Assembly: GCF_000315625.1 (NCBI RefSeq)
Contig: NW_005434673.1
Location: 596,601-660,600 of the forward strand
Length of the DNA stretch: 64,000 nt
Source of the DNA: Guillardia theta CCMP2712
Taxonomy: Eukaryota; Protista; Cryptophyta
Direction of reading: 5' to 3'
This document shows, one piece after another, positions 12,840-27,846 of the stretch. Positions within the stretch are counted from its first letter, which is position 1, and every line of letters begins with the position of its first letter. The translations under genes were made by a program, and so were the position numbers. The notes under the pieces were generated by a model that did not search any database, was not told the origin of the DNA, and saw only the letters and a list, made by a program, of their open reading frames with translations.

Positions 12840-13885
12840 AAGAAGATAATATGAAGCTGACCCTGCAATCTCTTTTTTCTCCGAAAAGAGATCTTTTCGG
12901 CCCCGAAGAGCTTCTTTACTCCCTGAATTCAAGGCAGCCTCCTCCTCCTCCATCGTCTCGATCGCTCATCGAAATCCTGCCTCTCCTCACCATGTCCGAC
13001 ACGCACTTGCATGCTGCGCTAGTTCAAGATGAGCCTCTCGACCAAGCTCTCTGCTGGCATCACTACCTCTTTCCTCCTGGCTCGGGTTCTTTGCCGCCCT
13101 CACCGAAACATGTAAACCAACAAGCTGTCCGCCCGATTCAGGAAACGGCATTCAGAGAGCGAAGAATATCACTGCCGAAAGACTTCAAGTTCGAAAAGAA
13201 GCGCAACGACCTTGCAATCATATGTCACTCGAACGGAGAACTGCTTCTTGAGGGCTTGATGTGCGCGCAAGCACGTCAGGCAAGCTTACATGACCACCTG
13301 TAGAGTTAATTTAGATATTCATCTCCGCATCCAACTCGCAATTTTAAGTGTAGAATTATTCATCTCCTTTACTAGCAGCTTTCTCGAAAATGAATGCAAA
13401 AACCTTCTGTGTACGTTTGCCGTGTGTTTCGAGCTGTCACGACCCAATATAGTGTCGTGCCAACTGTTAACATCCGAGTCAAATCTAAGCAGAAGTTGTA
13501 ATCCAACTCATCATGACTTGTGCTGCTAAGTTCGATTCCCGACAGAATATGCATCGATTTGAATCGGAACCCGTAGAAGATCTTTCGATTGCTTTCGAAA
13601 ATCCCGCGCTTCAGCAAAGTTTCAAAGATAAAGTAAGATCAAGGTGGCGAAAAGGTAATTCTCATCACGATCCAGTTGAAGCCAAAAGAACAATAAATCA
13701 TTGTGATTTTGTCACGCTAATGCATTTTATTCCTAAAATTTTCATCCTGTTTTTTGCCTTGACCTGCCCTGACACCATACTTCGACCTCTGCAGCTTGTC
13801 AATTACGGGTGAGCTTCATCAAGGCAACTTGCATGTTTCATCACTTTTTCATCTTGGGCTTCTTCGGGCTCACAATCTCTGTCAT
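12840..13885 (-). CDS. Possible small multi-exon hypothetical gene
   Basis: Short exon-like blocks with splice borders (MTEIVSPKKPKMKK ... KKQFSVRVTYDCK ... GVKKLFGAEK). No motif recognised. Confidence 0.25.
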
Positions 13886-14212
13886 CGGCTTCTTTTCTTG
13901 CAGGCTAACTTGATCGAGTCGCTCACTGCCGGCTCGCGCTAGTCGCTTGAGCGCTGAGCGTCTGTGGTAGCTTGAATGGCGAGCGTGATACCGGTAACTT
14001 AGTCGGCACGTGATCATACCGGTTGCCGGCGAGTTGCCCGACCTTCGGCCGAATGTCGGATAGACATGGGCGAGGATAAGAGGAGAGGGGGGGGGAGCAG
14101 GGGTGAGCAGGGGTGCCAGGGGTGAGCAGTGGAGAGCAGTGGAGAGCAGTGGAGAGCAGTGGAGAGCAGTGGAGAGCAGGGAAAGAAAAGAAACTGACAG
14201 GTTGTGGCAGCT

Positions 14213-16420
14213 ATGCCCGATGCCGCAGTGCTGTTATGCCAACGGACCAGGATCGCAGAGGTTTGCTGGCTGAAAGCAGCACTTGAGTTGCTCGCGTTCC
14301 TCTGCATGTTCCCATACGGGACCATGTGAGCCGCATCGTGTCAAGAGTGAGCGATGGCGAGAGATGGAGTAAGGAGGAACGGCTGATTGATGCGAGGAGA
14401 TGATTGCAGGCGACAAGAAGCTACCAGGGAGTTGGAGAGAACAGATCGCGCCTGACTACAGAATCCGATCTCAGCCATATCGCAACTGAATCTACATCTC
14501 CCTCTCCCTCTCCCTCTCCATCTTCATCTCCATCATCTCCATTTGATCTCCTTTACATCTCTTTTCATTTGCATCTACACTTTTCTCTCATCTACTCTCG
14601 TCTCATCGCATCGCATCGCATCTCAGAAGATGGAGCCTCCTGAGGTCAGAGCAAACAGCTCTCGAAATCAAACTGATCGTTTAGCAGCGAGCGACTATCA
14701 CTGTTGGCCCGGGTGAAGAAATCGTGAGATCTGGAGACGCCATTGAGGGCTTGTAAGACATTCCGTGCTGACTTGACCAAACCTAATCCTTGCTGCACAG
14801 CTACCTCCTGCTAGCTGGCGAGTGCGACTTGGTCGTGAGGGTGAGCACAGAGAACGCGTTGACGAGGAGGGTTGAGGAGGAGGAGAGGTTTCTTCTTGCG
14901 TCCTCGGTGAATGTCTCACTGTGGGAAACATCGGCTGGTGATCAAAGTGCAGATGATGAAGCTGAGGGAGAGCTGTATCCAAGTGAGGAGCAGCAGCGAC
15001 TGCAAGTTTGAATGGGCCCCGGCATCCTCGCTCCTCCATTCCGGCAGCTCGGGAGTGGTTCGGAATCGAATGTGGTTGATACTCAGCGCACTGATGGTTT
15101 TGATTAGGAGAGCGACGTCAACAAGTGTATCTCAATGCTGCAGCAGATGTTCAAGGGGGTCTCGAGGTGTACGTGCGCGCTTATCCTCGAGTACTCCAGG
15201 ATCCGACGCATACAGTACTTCCCTCACCCTCGTCTGCGAGGCCTGACTGCCTTGAAGTGCAGGCGCTTCGCTCGCTCTGGATGGAAGGACGACGTCGACC
15301 GTCGTGTTGCTGGAGGGACAGTGCATAGCAGCTCGAGGTATGACAGGAGCCTGTCCGTTGTCGGAGGTGACGGGGTGTGGCAGAGGGGCTCAGGTGCGGG
15401 CTATTGCAGGGGCTGCAGCTCCTTCCCCTGACCAGTCGGGACGTCGCTGTCCGCCTCGACGCAGTCACAAGTTGCCTGCTGATGGTGATGGAGCGACAGA
15501 GAGAAGAGGACATGGTGCGACTGGTCACCTCAGACCCCAGCTGACATCCTCCAGTCGTGCTGCCTCGGCGACCTCCTGCCCTTGAAGCAGCTGCTCTCCT
15601 GCGGTCATGGCGACCCTCCGGCTCGGTGCGCGAGGCCTCTCACTTGCGTCGCTCATGCTCCCTCAGGCTCTCGAGCCTCATCTGGACCTTCAACCAGAGA
15701 CCCGCCAGACCTCCAGGCCGAACGCCCCTCGCACGTGCGGCAGCCGCTGCAGGAGGAAACGCTGAGGAGGAGAAAGTGCCGCCTGCCACCAGCCCGACGG
15801 TCGTCACACAGAGGGGGATAGGAAGAACCAGCTCCCTGCGCCCGAGCAGCGTTGCTGGTGCGTCTGTGAGCTAGCATCGGTCCTCTGAGTTGAGGTAAAG
15901 GCACGCGGCGGCTCTGCTGGTTGAGCACAGACGTGCTGGAGCCAACGTTGCACTACGAGCAGCTGATCCCGTTGATGTCCCGCAAAGAGAACATCGAGCA
16001 TGTAGCTCCAGGTGACGCGTGCGATGACAGAGCTTGACGACTCCTGCTGGCAGGCGAGACGCTCTTTCCTGACGCAGAACAACAAGATCGTCAACAGCCT
16101 CAAAGATAAGCGCGTCGCCCTCATCAAGCACGTTCACTCAAACCAGTTCGACCCCGCGCGCTTCACCGACATCTGCGGGCCCAAGAACGCGATCAACAAC
16201 TCGTTCCTGTACCGCATCTCCAAGGTGGCGGAGAAGATCAGACTGGCAGAGACCGGACGCGACAAGATCGACGAGCAGCTGCGGAGACTCCCAGGACACC
16301 TCCAGCTGAGGTAGGGGATGACATGCCCTCCTACATGTTTCTGTATCTCACCGACTGCCGCTCCTCAGAGAAATCTTGACGGCAGACAAGAAGAAAGAGA
16401 AGGCCGGTATCGCTTGACCT
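14213..16420 (+). CDS. Multi-exon protein with cNMP-binding-like domain
   Basis: Spliced TITVGPGEEIVRSGDAIEGFYLLLAGECDLV (14690-14835) fits cNMP beta strands. A well-formed coding exon lies at 16012-16310. Confidence 0.45.
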
Positions 16421-16452
16421 CAACAACTCTAACAACGTGCCATCTCAAGTCT

Positions 16453-17605
16453 CTAGTGTACATCCTCCCGTTCCTCGATCCCGAACTCCTTGTCTCCATG
16501 CACAAGAACGTACCCCGAGTCCGTTATCCTGATGTTGTGCTGGCATCTCGTCAGAGCAGCTGGAGACGTATAGAGCCCCACCTGGAGGACTTGCTGGACG
16601 ACGTTGGAGGCGATGAGCGCGTCAGCTCCGACTGGAGTCGTAGGGTCAGCAGCACCTGGAGGGCGAGGGGAGGAGCAACCAGGGGAGGGATGGTAGACGC
16701 GTCCCTCCGACGAGATCTTGAGCTTCGACGGTTGAAAGCTCATCCTGCCGGCACTTTCATCGCCCTTGACGCGCAGAGAAAGTAGGACCTGAGGTTGTGC
16801 GCGTAAACCAGAGACTCGCCCTCCATGCGGTTGAAGACGACACCTTCGGTCGTCAGACCCTCCTCCTCCTCCTCCTCCTCCTCGAATCTTCACCTGTATC
16901 CGCTGCTCGCACGAAGTTCATCTCCCTCCTACATCGCACGTGTCATCATCCCAAGGCACCTCCAACGTTGACGCACCCGCACGGCGAGAGGTACTGATAG
17001 GTGGGAAGATACTTGCCTTGAGCCATGTCAGCGACCCTCGCACCAGCTACAGCAACATGGAGGGGGGAGTTCGAAGGGGGGCAGGGGGGGAGAGGGGTTG
17101 AACGGGGGTTCCCGCGATTGTAGCAGGAGGAAGGGAGGAGGACCAAGAAGGGAGGAGAGAAGGAGGCAGGAAGGCAGGAAGGCAGGAAGGATGTACCGAG
17201 ATCATTCACTCGCAGCTGCCGGAAGAAGAAATCGAGGAACTTGGGCTCCTACTGTTCGTCATTCTCGTCCCCCGCCTGACGAGCAGGCGACACCTTAAGG
17301 CTCGTCGCGAAGTTGAACACCTGCGAGTGATGAGTAGCAGCATCGTATGAAACCTCTGCTCCTCCTACCTTCCTCCTAGTCCTTGTGCCGCTTTCCTCAT
17401 GACACTCGTCTAAGTACAACCTGCCATGGAGGTCCTGCGGCAGAGGTCACGCGGGAGCGAGCGAGCGAGGGAGCAGGAGCGAGCGAGGGGGAGGAGGTAC
17501 CACGAAGTAGAAGTACTCTCTTGTTGGGGCTGAGCTGATCCATCTCACCCCCCGCCTCATCATCCTCTTCCCCTGCCACCTTCCCGCTGCCCCTGCCCAG
17601 CCCAT
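16453..17605 (-). CDS. UPF0598 / C8orf82-like (DUF4505) protein, likely mitochondrial
   Basis: Spliced REYFYFVDLHGRLYLD...NFATSLKEPKFLDFFFRQLRVN...YLSPCGREMNFVRAAD...FQPSKL...GRVYHP matches the C8orf82 pattern. R-rich N-terminus. Confidence 0.85.
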
Positions 17606-17742
17606 AGCACAAACTGAGCAAACTCGAGCCTTTTTTTTACCGGCCACATCCATGGAGGGTGCCAGCGAGATGGCGGGGAAGAGGGAGGGCGACAAGAGGG
17701 GAGGGGGGAGGGAGAAGGATGGATGGCGAGTCTTGAGTAAGC

Positions 17743-17842
17743 NNNNNNNNNNNNNNNNNNNNNNNNNNNNNNNNNNNNNNNNNNNNNNNNNNNNNNNNNN
17801 NNNNNNNNNNNNNNNNNNNNNNNNNNNNNNNNNNNNNNNNNN
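17743..17842. other. Assembly gap (100 N)
   Basis: N run. Confidence 1.
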
Positions 17843-17979
17843 AGGAGGGGGATTGTAGGGACAAAAGTAGAAATGTGGAGAAAGTTTGGAAGGAGAACCG
17901 GTGGACGAGACAAGGAGATCTCTCCCTCAGCTACGAGAGGGTGAGGTGATCATGCTCGCAGGCGTGACTGTCGGTGTCT

Positions 17980-18776
17980 ATGGCTGCACCGGATGGGGAG
18001 GCGCCGGTAGAGTATGAAGAATTATACAAGGAATGCGGCGCTCAGATTGGGGCTGGAGTAGGAGCAGGCATGTCGTTCCCGCCCGTGCTCCTCTCATACC
18101 TGAGCAGGCTTCCTCTACGGGTGGATGAAGGGGTTGAGAGAGAACCAGCATCTCGCCGGAAAGTACGGCAAGGATAGCGTTTACAGAGGCGTCGTCGCCG
18201 TGTTCCGGTGACGTAGCCCCTAGAGCCGGTCCATGCGCTGACCCCGTGCTCAGAGTCCCGGCGAACTTCGTGCCGGCGTCACTGCAAGGAGCGAGCTGGG
18301 CTGCGAGCATTGGAGGAGTGGCTGCGTCCTTTGGGTTCCTCCAGCTGTTCCTCGAGCTGGAGCGCATCAAGGTTATCTCGGCCATCCGTAAGGGCAACAA
18401 AGGGGAGGACAAGCTGAGCGTCGCAGGGATGCTCGCGCGCTCGGTCGATCCCGCCATGCTCTGCTCGCCCTACAGTCAAGTGTTCCCTGCCACGGCCTCT
18501 GGGCTGATCGTCGGGAGCTACTGTGGGTATGCGAGGCAGCGAGGTAGGAGGGGAGAGGAGAGAGGGGGAGGGAGGAGCCGCCGTGACGCAGGGGGGCAGG
18601 GCTGCAGGGGATCGTGCTGGGATCGCTGCTGGGGGTAGGGATACCACTGATCATCAAGACGTCGGAGGTTTATTCGAACCTGAAGCTCAAGGAGCTGGTG
18701 AGCGTCTCCTGACCTTGTGCCCGACCGTCGCTAAAGTGCACGCGAAACAGCAACAGAGATGAGGAGGAGGAGCTAG
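17980..18776 (+). CDS. Small membrane protein, possibly Tim17/22/23-like
   Basis: Gly-rich hydrophobic segments (GAGVGAGFLYG, GGVAASFGFLQL, GLIVG, IVLGSLLGVG) and RKGNKGED. Confidence 0.4.
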
Positions 18777-18834
18777 CACAGCTCGTTCCCGCAGTTTCCC
18801 AGGGAGTCCGTTGAGTCTGGTAGATGAGCATGGC

Positions 18835-21163
<2,329 letters not shown>

Positions 21164-21984
21164 GTCGAGATCCGCAAGTTGCGGTGAGGTCGTGACGGGG
21201 GCGGGTGGTATTTTTGTTTAGGGTAGGGGTAGTCAAAGGTCCTTCGACTACGGGTCCAAAGACTGAGGATAAAGTACAGAGGTAGGGTAGTCAAGGAGAA
21301 GTCGGCGGTGGTGTGAATAAGAACGGGGAAGAGGGGAGTAGGGGGGTGGGGTACTTGAAATGGGGGGTCCAAAAAGGGGGGAGGGGGAACGAAGGTTGGC
21401 GTGAGGTATGAAGGTACAGTTTGAAATTATGAATGTCTTGATAAACCACTTCTTTAAATTTCAACATTTGGACGATAATTGTGATGTCTGCACCTGTAAC
21501 TTGGAGTCTTAATTTCAGATTGTTTTGCGGATCCGCCAATCTGAAAGGAATAAGACGCATTGTGAAGTACCGGTGGTTACAAGACTCATTTGATGGGTTC
21601 GGTGATATATCACTACCGGTGAATATGACGTTTAAAAAACGGGTAGGGGTAATGCAAACGGAGGCCGCAAGGACACTAGAGCAGGTGTAGATTGTGAACC
21701 TGGTACAGGTCTTGTACCAACAACTTAACTTAACTTTGAGTAAAACTTCATAATAGGTTAACTAAAAAAAAGTATCCGGACGACCGGACGTCACTGTGGG
21801 TTGGGCGAACGAGAGCCTAGTACCGTGAGTACAAGTCACGTCGCCGAAATGCAATCCGTGTTGCAATGTCAACAAGCCGCTGAGCAGATCCTGAGCAAGC
21901 TGTCTCCGCCGGGCCGGCCCTCGGCTTATTTCAGTTTTCGTTGACGCCCATTGAACTCAGTTGTCAGTCATACTGGCGTATGGC

Positions 21985-22612
21985 ATGCAAGGAGATCGAG
22001 TACGGTAGGGAAGGGAGCCATGCCTGAGGAGTAGCTTGCAGGATCCGATAGAGAGATCAGAGCGCCTTCTGGGAGACCAGGCAAAAGGCGAGCAGCTACT
22101 ACGGCCGTGCGAGCATTCTAGCTCCAGGACGTGGTGAATAATATGAAAAATATCAAGTATACGACATGGGAATCGATGACAATGACAACAACATGAAAAT
22201 CGTTCTCCTTTAAAAGGAGATGTCGCATGAGTTTCAAATCAAGAAGCTCAAAAACCTAGCTCGGTGCCGCAGTGTGTGGTCTGCAGATGGACCGAGGTGA
22301 AGACTGGAGTGTGGATACAAGTGTTTCCTCGAGAGACCTTCTTCAAGGTATTGTCGCTGGTCGACTCACAGGATCCACTCGCACCAGAGGAGGACGCCGA
22401 AAGAGCTGAACAGGCTGCTGATAGCCAAGCATGACCCACGAAAGGCTGCATGCAAGGACGTGGGAGTTCCGGAAGACTTCGAGCTACGTCGTTTCGACGA
22501 TGGCCCGGAGCTCAATGGAGCTTGCCCTGTTGTCGATGCTTCGCCGGACCTAGCTGCAAGGTGCGACGAGGCACGGCGCGGTTTCAGTTTGCGATCAGAG
22601 TGTTCCGGATGA
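21985..22612 (+). CDS. Possible short multi-exon hypothetical protein
   Basis: Exon-like blocks with GT/AG borders (DPIERSERLLG, DPLAPEEDAERAEQ, DVGVPEDFELRRFDDG). No motif. Confidence 0.3.
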
Positions 22613-22759
22613 CGTTTCGCCGAGAGGCTCAGTATCATATACCTTATGCTTATGATAATTTTCTTACTCCCTTCCTGATCTTCGCCCCTTCCACGTTACT
22701 CTCTCTCCCTTGGCCTTCAATTTTCCAGCCTTGCCGCGGCTGTACAAGCTTTGGGGTGG

Positions 22760-23612
22760 TCAAATACAAAGTGTTCTAAAGGGCCGAGCATAGCCTCTGA
22801 ACATTTTGACGGCCGGATGATGTGACTTGAAGTGCACGAATCCTGCACAATGCCACTGTATCAAGGATGGCTCGCCCTGTTCTAGTCCGATCTTACTTTC
22901 TCACTTCGCTGTACTACGCAACACTTTGCTGCACCCACACATCTGATGGGTGGAGGATGGAAAGATAAATTCATTTTTGTTTGAACAAGCGAATAATCGA
23001 TGAACATTCAAAAGCAGGAAGAATAACAATCTATCATCTAGATCTTGCACATTTTCTGAAAGAAAAGGCGCGTTAAAATCGTCAAAGTCTCAAGAGAAGA
23101 AGAGACATACATGATTCCAGGCACACGATGCAGACTTATCCCATCGACTCCTTGCACTGTAGCTGTGAGATGGGCCAGTCTACAACGATACTGCAGTCAG
23201 CAACAACCTGCAGTTAGGCAAATGCCGTTACCATCGCAAGCACTTGCTTCATCGCCTTCTCAGGGTTGGCCTCAACCTGCAAAGAAATCATTGAATCAGC
23301 CAGGCATGTGAAAGATTTGCACAAAGAAGCGAATTAATGCTGTAAACAAAGGAGGATGCAAAGTCAACACTGTTGTCATAAAATGATCGCATTGCAAAAA
23401 TCCGCACATCCCTACACATTGAGCTCAGGATCATGGGTGCCATCAGAACCCTTGCCCTTGTTGTACATCAAGGCAGCAAGAGACCGTCCTGCTCTCCTCC
23501 TACCTGCGCGAACGATGGCGGCTTCCCCATGCTGTAGAGCTCGGCGAACGGCATGGCGGCTGTCTCTTCGTTCCTCTAACCCAAAAAAAGAACTATTTGA
23601 GTGGTAGGGGAT
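22760..23612 (-). CDS. Possible multi-exon hypothetical protein
   Basis: ORF 23412-23735 plus spliced blocks (VEANPEKAMKQVLAM; IRALQVTSSGRQNVQRLCSAL). Confidence 0.3.
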
Positions 23613-23833
23613 GGCCCGTCCCCCATCACAGTAATAAGTAAAAGTAGGGTTGGCCCGCTGCTTGTCCTGACGCCGAAAATACTGTGAAAAGCAGAAAGAG
23701 GGGGTAGGGTATGAAGAAGTACGGGTCCTCTTCAATGATTTACTTGGGATTTACCGCTGGTGGGGTATATTGGATGGGGTTGGGCAGGGGTGGGTAAGAT
23801 CAATCCCTGACCAGGGCGCGTGCAGACGTCATC

Positions 23834-26800
23834 ATGGTAAGAGGCGGGGAAGCGGAGGAGAGAGCCAGAGAGGAGGAGGAAGAGGAAGAGGAGAGGAGGA
23901 GGAAGTATCAGTTCGTAGCAAGAAGAAGTGTTCCTTGATGGAAACATTTTCCCTTGCCTACACCCTAGGCATGTGCATTCTTTCGGTGTCCGACGTGAAT
24001 CATTGCGACCGTTGCAAGGAAGGAAAGCCGGAGGCTCTCACAACTGATTGGCGAGTGTACATGACCATAGTCTAGCACAGGTAGTTTAGCATCAAGATAG
24101 AATGAGCATCTCCGCGAGAGGGTGCAGTGATCCCCTGCTGGCTTGATGCAAGAGGGCAGAGGTAGCGCCAGCTTCGCTTCTCCAGCTCATGCGGGCTCAT
24201 CATGTCGTCTTGATTCCTCTGTTTCTCCAGGGAATTCGCGGCCTGACAGCGTTCTTGGATCGTTTCCCTTCCGTCTGGGACACTCTCGTTTTGAAGCCAC
24301 TGGTATCGCTCCTCGTCTGATCCTTTATGAAGCACCTGGGACCTTTCACTCCTCCGTGCTTGTCTTGGAGTCTTTGTCATCATCGTGCTTGTCTTGTAGT
24401 CTTTGTCATCATCGTGCTTGTATGCTCCATGGTTCAAGATGTTGAGACATTTGCCAGACTCCGGCGGAGATCAAGGAGGGCAAGCAAAGAACGATCAAGC
24501 TAGCTGTCGATGGCTACGCATTGCTGTAAATGACGAAGTTGAAGCTGCCATGTTTGATGTGCTTGCAGCTACTACCTGTACTTCTCCAATAACTTCAACT
24601 GTGTCTGTGGAGGACAGTATGGGCAGTTTGCAGGTGAGGGAGCAGGTTTGATCTTGTCCTGCTCAAGTTAACCCCCGCACAGAGTTCACGAGGACCTACA
24701 TCACAAACCTTCAGAAGAACGGGTTCTCGCTCTTCGTCGTCATGGATGGCACCATCGAGGAGGTCGAGCTCTCCTCGCGAGTGCAAGTACACGCTCACTC
24801 CGCTGCAGGTCAAGGAGCAGACGGTCGTGCAGCGGGAGACTGACCTGGTCAAGACGGTGAAGCAGCTGACCAGCGCTGAGAAGTGAGCGACAAGGCGACA
24901 TGCCTGTGACGTATCTCACCCGCTAGCTACAGGTACTGGGGCAAGAAGGCACTTCCCATCCTCTGCCGCCACGTGTTCGTCGAGGTCTTGCAGGCTCTCA
25001 ACGTCAAGATCGCGTTCGTGGACGGGGAGGCGGACAAGGTGGTGGCTGCTCTTGCGCGAGCCAATACATGCTGCGCCATCTCCAAGGACTCCGACTTCTA
25101 CGTGCTCGAGCTCCCTGCGGGCTACATCCCCGTCGACATGCTCGAGGTCAACCGCTCCGGTCACGTGGTCGCCAAGAGGTTCGCGCGCTCTCGCTTCCTC
25201 CAGGTCAGCATGGTTGTGCAGGAAGAGGAGGAGGAGGAGGAGGAGGAGGAGGGGATCACGTTGACGTGGGAGCAGGAGTTGGGGCTCAAGTCAGAGCTTT
25301 TCCCTCTCTTTGCGTCTGCTGTCGGCAACGACTTCGTGGGCCTGGAGCTTCTTCGTCCCTTCCACGTCAGCCTCGCTCAGGAGGAGGCGACTTTGCCTGC
25401 CGGCTGGCAGGTAAGCTGAGCGCTACTTGCTGGCTGGTGGTCTGCTGACTGAGATGAAGGGAGGAGACAAGGAGCCAACGATCCGCGACCTCCTGATTGT
25501 GAAAGTTGCAGCGTTCATCGCCAAACATGTTGGAGGGAGGGGAAGAGAGGCTAGCGAGTTCTGACTCTCGCGCAGGAGACTGAGAGTGCGGCGATCAAGG
25601 CGATCTTGGAAGCTGCGGTGAAGCAGCACGAGCAGGACGTAGCCAACGGGGAGGAAGTGAAGACAACGGGAGACGAGGTGAAGGTATAGCAGAGGAGGGA
25701 GGAGAGACTGAGAGTGAGGTAGGAGGAGGGAGACAAGGCGCAAGTCTTCACCAAGGAAGCGTTGGAGGAGGCGATCAAGACTTCCATTGAGCAGTACAAA
25801 CTCGATCCTGCGCTCGTGAAGGCGATAGGTGAAGCTCTCTGGGAGGGGAGGGGAGGAACAGTTGTATCGAGACGTTGGAGGAGGATGAGAAGAGATGTGG
25901 AGGAGATGAGAGGATTGAAGGTGGATGATGCGAGGCTGGCAGGGCCGGAGACCAAGTTGACGACAGGAGCCAAGTGCGGCATGTCGCCCGCGGTTGTGCA
26001 GAAATTTCGGGAAGGAAACTTTGACGCGAAGACGATCAACGTGCTGACCAGAGGGTGAGCGACTTTCGTCTCCCTGCCTCCTTCCTCCCTCCCTCCTCCT
26101 CCTCCTCGTGGTTGTCGTCGTCGTCATCATCATCATCAACGGTGCAGAGACTGACGTTCTTGCAGCTCCTTCTGGTGTGGCGGGCTGGTGGAGGACGTGG
26201 ATGCTGAGTCAGCGTGGTCCTCCTCACGTCCCATCCGCTCGGCCATGTACGCGATGCTGCTGGAGGGATCGAGGAAGACTGTCAGCGAGCGGGTCCGAGT
26301 GGAGGGTCACAAGTTTGGGGAGGAGGAGGTGGAGGTCGCCTCCTCTAGCCCCCTGCCCTTCTCCGAGGTCTTGAAAGGAGCTGATGCGGCCAAGAGGAGG
26401 AAGGTTCTGTTCGATGTGCTCGGCGAGGCCCCGGCCAACGTCCCCGACAACCTTGTCCTTGCCGCTGCCTGCGTCCGCTACTGGATCAAGACACAGGCTC
26501 CCATCACCTCTGTGGAAGTCGCTGCCGTTCTTGCCACCATGCTGCAGCGAGACGAGGACAAGGTTGGAGATGCTCATCACTCCTCCTGCTCAGCCCTCCT
26601 GCTTCATCCCATCTCTCGCCCTCTCCCGTCCCTTTCGTTCCTTCGGCCCTCGATGGTGTTTGACCTTTGAGCACAGAACATTCGCCCGAGCAAGGAGGCG
26701 AGACCTGGATGGTTCAGTATCAAGGTCCAACTCTTCTCGACTCGTTCCTCGTCATCTCTTCTCTTCCCTGCCATCCTCGTCTCATCACATCTCTTGTCTT

Positions 26801-27790
26801 CTCTTCCTTCTTCTCTCACTTTTTCTCTAGTTTGCTCACAGACTCGCCCATCTCCAAACCACCTTCCTTAGTGCGAACCTTCTCGACGAGATCTTGTTGC
26901 ATCCTGTACCTGCGATCAGTGAGTCTTCCTCCTCTCTTCTCTTCTCCTCCCTGTAACAGTGTCGTAGATGCGGCAGAGGCATATGACGGAGAGTTCTGCC
27001 ATCGCTTCCATCACCTTCAGTTCCGTGCCAAGGGCATCTCTGCGCTTTCAGAACAGCTCCGCAAGGATGGAGTCGACTGGCAGACGTTTTGGAGCATGTG
27101 AGAGGAGGAGTGGAATAAGGGAGCGGGAGAGGAGGAAGAGGAGAGGGACGAGAGGTGATGAGCGAGCAGGTACAAGGCAGTAACGGACAAACTTGATGAC
27201 AAGATCAAAGGAAGCATCCAAGAGAACCTTGAGGGCGGAATCATGTGGGGCCCCTCGGTAAGGAGGAGGAGGAGGAGGAGGAGGAGGAGATTGAAACTGG
27301 TGGCAGGGTCCTGAGGGAAGAGACGAGACAGTGGAGAAAAATGTCGACCTGTCCAAACTGGTTGACGCCAAGAAGGGCGCACAGGTGAGAGGAGGAGGTT
27401 GTGCGAGGGAGAGGAATGACTTCTTCAATTCAGGCCAAGGGTGTAACGGGAGGCCTGTTTGGAACTCTCCTAGGCGACGAGGAGGATGACGAGGAGGATG
27501 AAGAGGAAGAGGAGGAGGTTCCAGTGAAGCCAGCAAGCGCAGCGGGAGAAAGCGCGGCAGTAGATGACGGGAAGAAGAAGAAGAAGAAGGAAGACGAGGA
27601 TGAGGTATGTTTCCTTCCCTTGGTCTTGCAATGCCAACGGCTGCTTGCAGGAGCTTGCGAAGGTGTTGGCCGAGATGGAGGTAACGCGGAGATGGGGGAA
27701 GAGAGGGAGGCGATGACGAGTCTACAGGCTGTTGATTCGAAGCGAGAGCTGCAGAAGAAGAAGGAGAAAGACAGGAAGAAGAAGAAGTAG
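23834..27790 (+). CDS. Asteroid/ASTE1-like XPG (FEN1-like PIN) nuclease with acidic/basic tail
   Basis: An ATG-only first coding exon (ATG|gtaag at 23834) spliced to 24231 gives MGIRGLTAFL. Then LAVDGYAL, GGQY, FVVMDG, GEADKVVA, SKDSDF, VGNDF; catalytic acidic residues are intact. Confidence 0.88.
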
Positions 27791-27846
27791 ATGCATCGAG
27801 AGGTCTGCCCGACTCGTTTGGCCTCGCGTCTGACGCTCCTGCAGTT

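Noticed and set aside
16318-16785. 155-aa plus-strand ORF
   Set aside because: It is mostly antisense to the C8orf82-like terminal exons.
23937-24075. CxxC motif (HCDRCK) suggesting an N-terminal zinc finger on the nuclease
   Set aside because: It lies within the inferred first intron and lacks a full zinc-finger pattern.
24355-24425. FLAG-tag-like YKHDDDKDYK on the minus strand (vector contamination?)
   Set aside because: It is not an exact FLAG. It arises from a 29-bp duplication (not a multiple of 3) within an intron of the Asteroid gene, and there is no vector sequence nearby.
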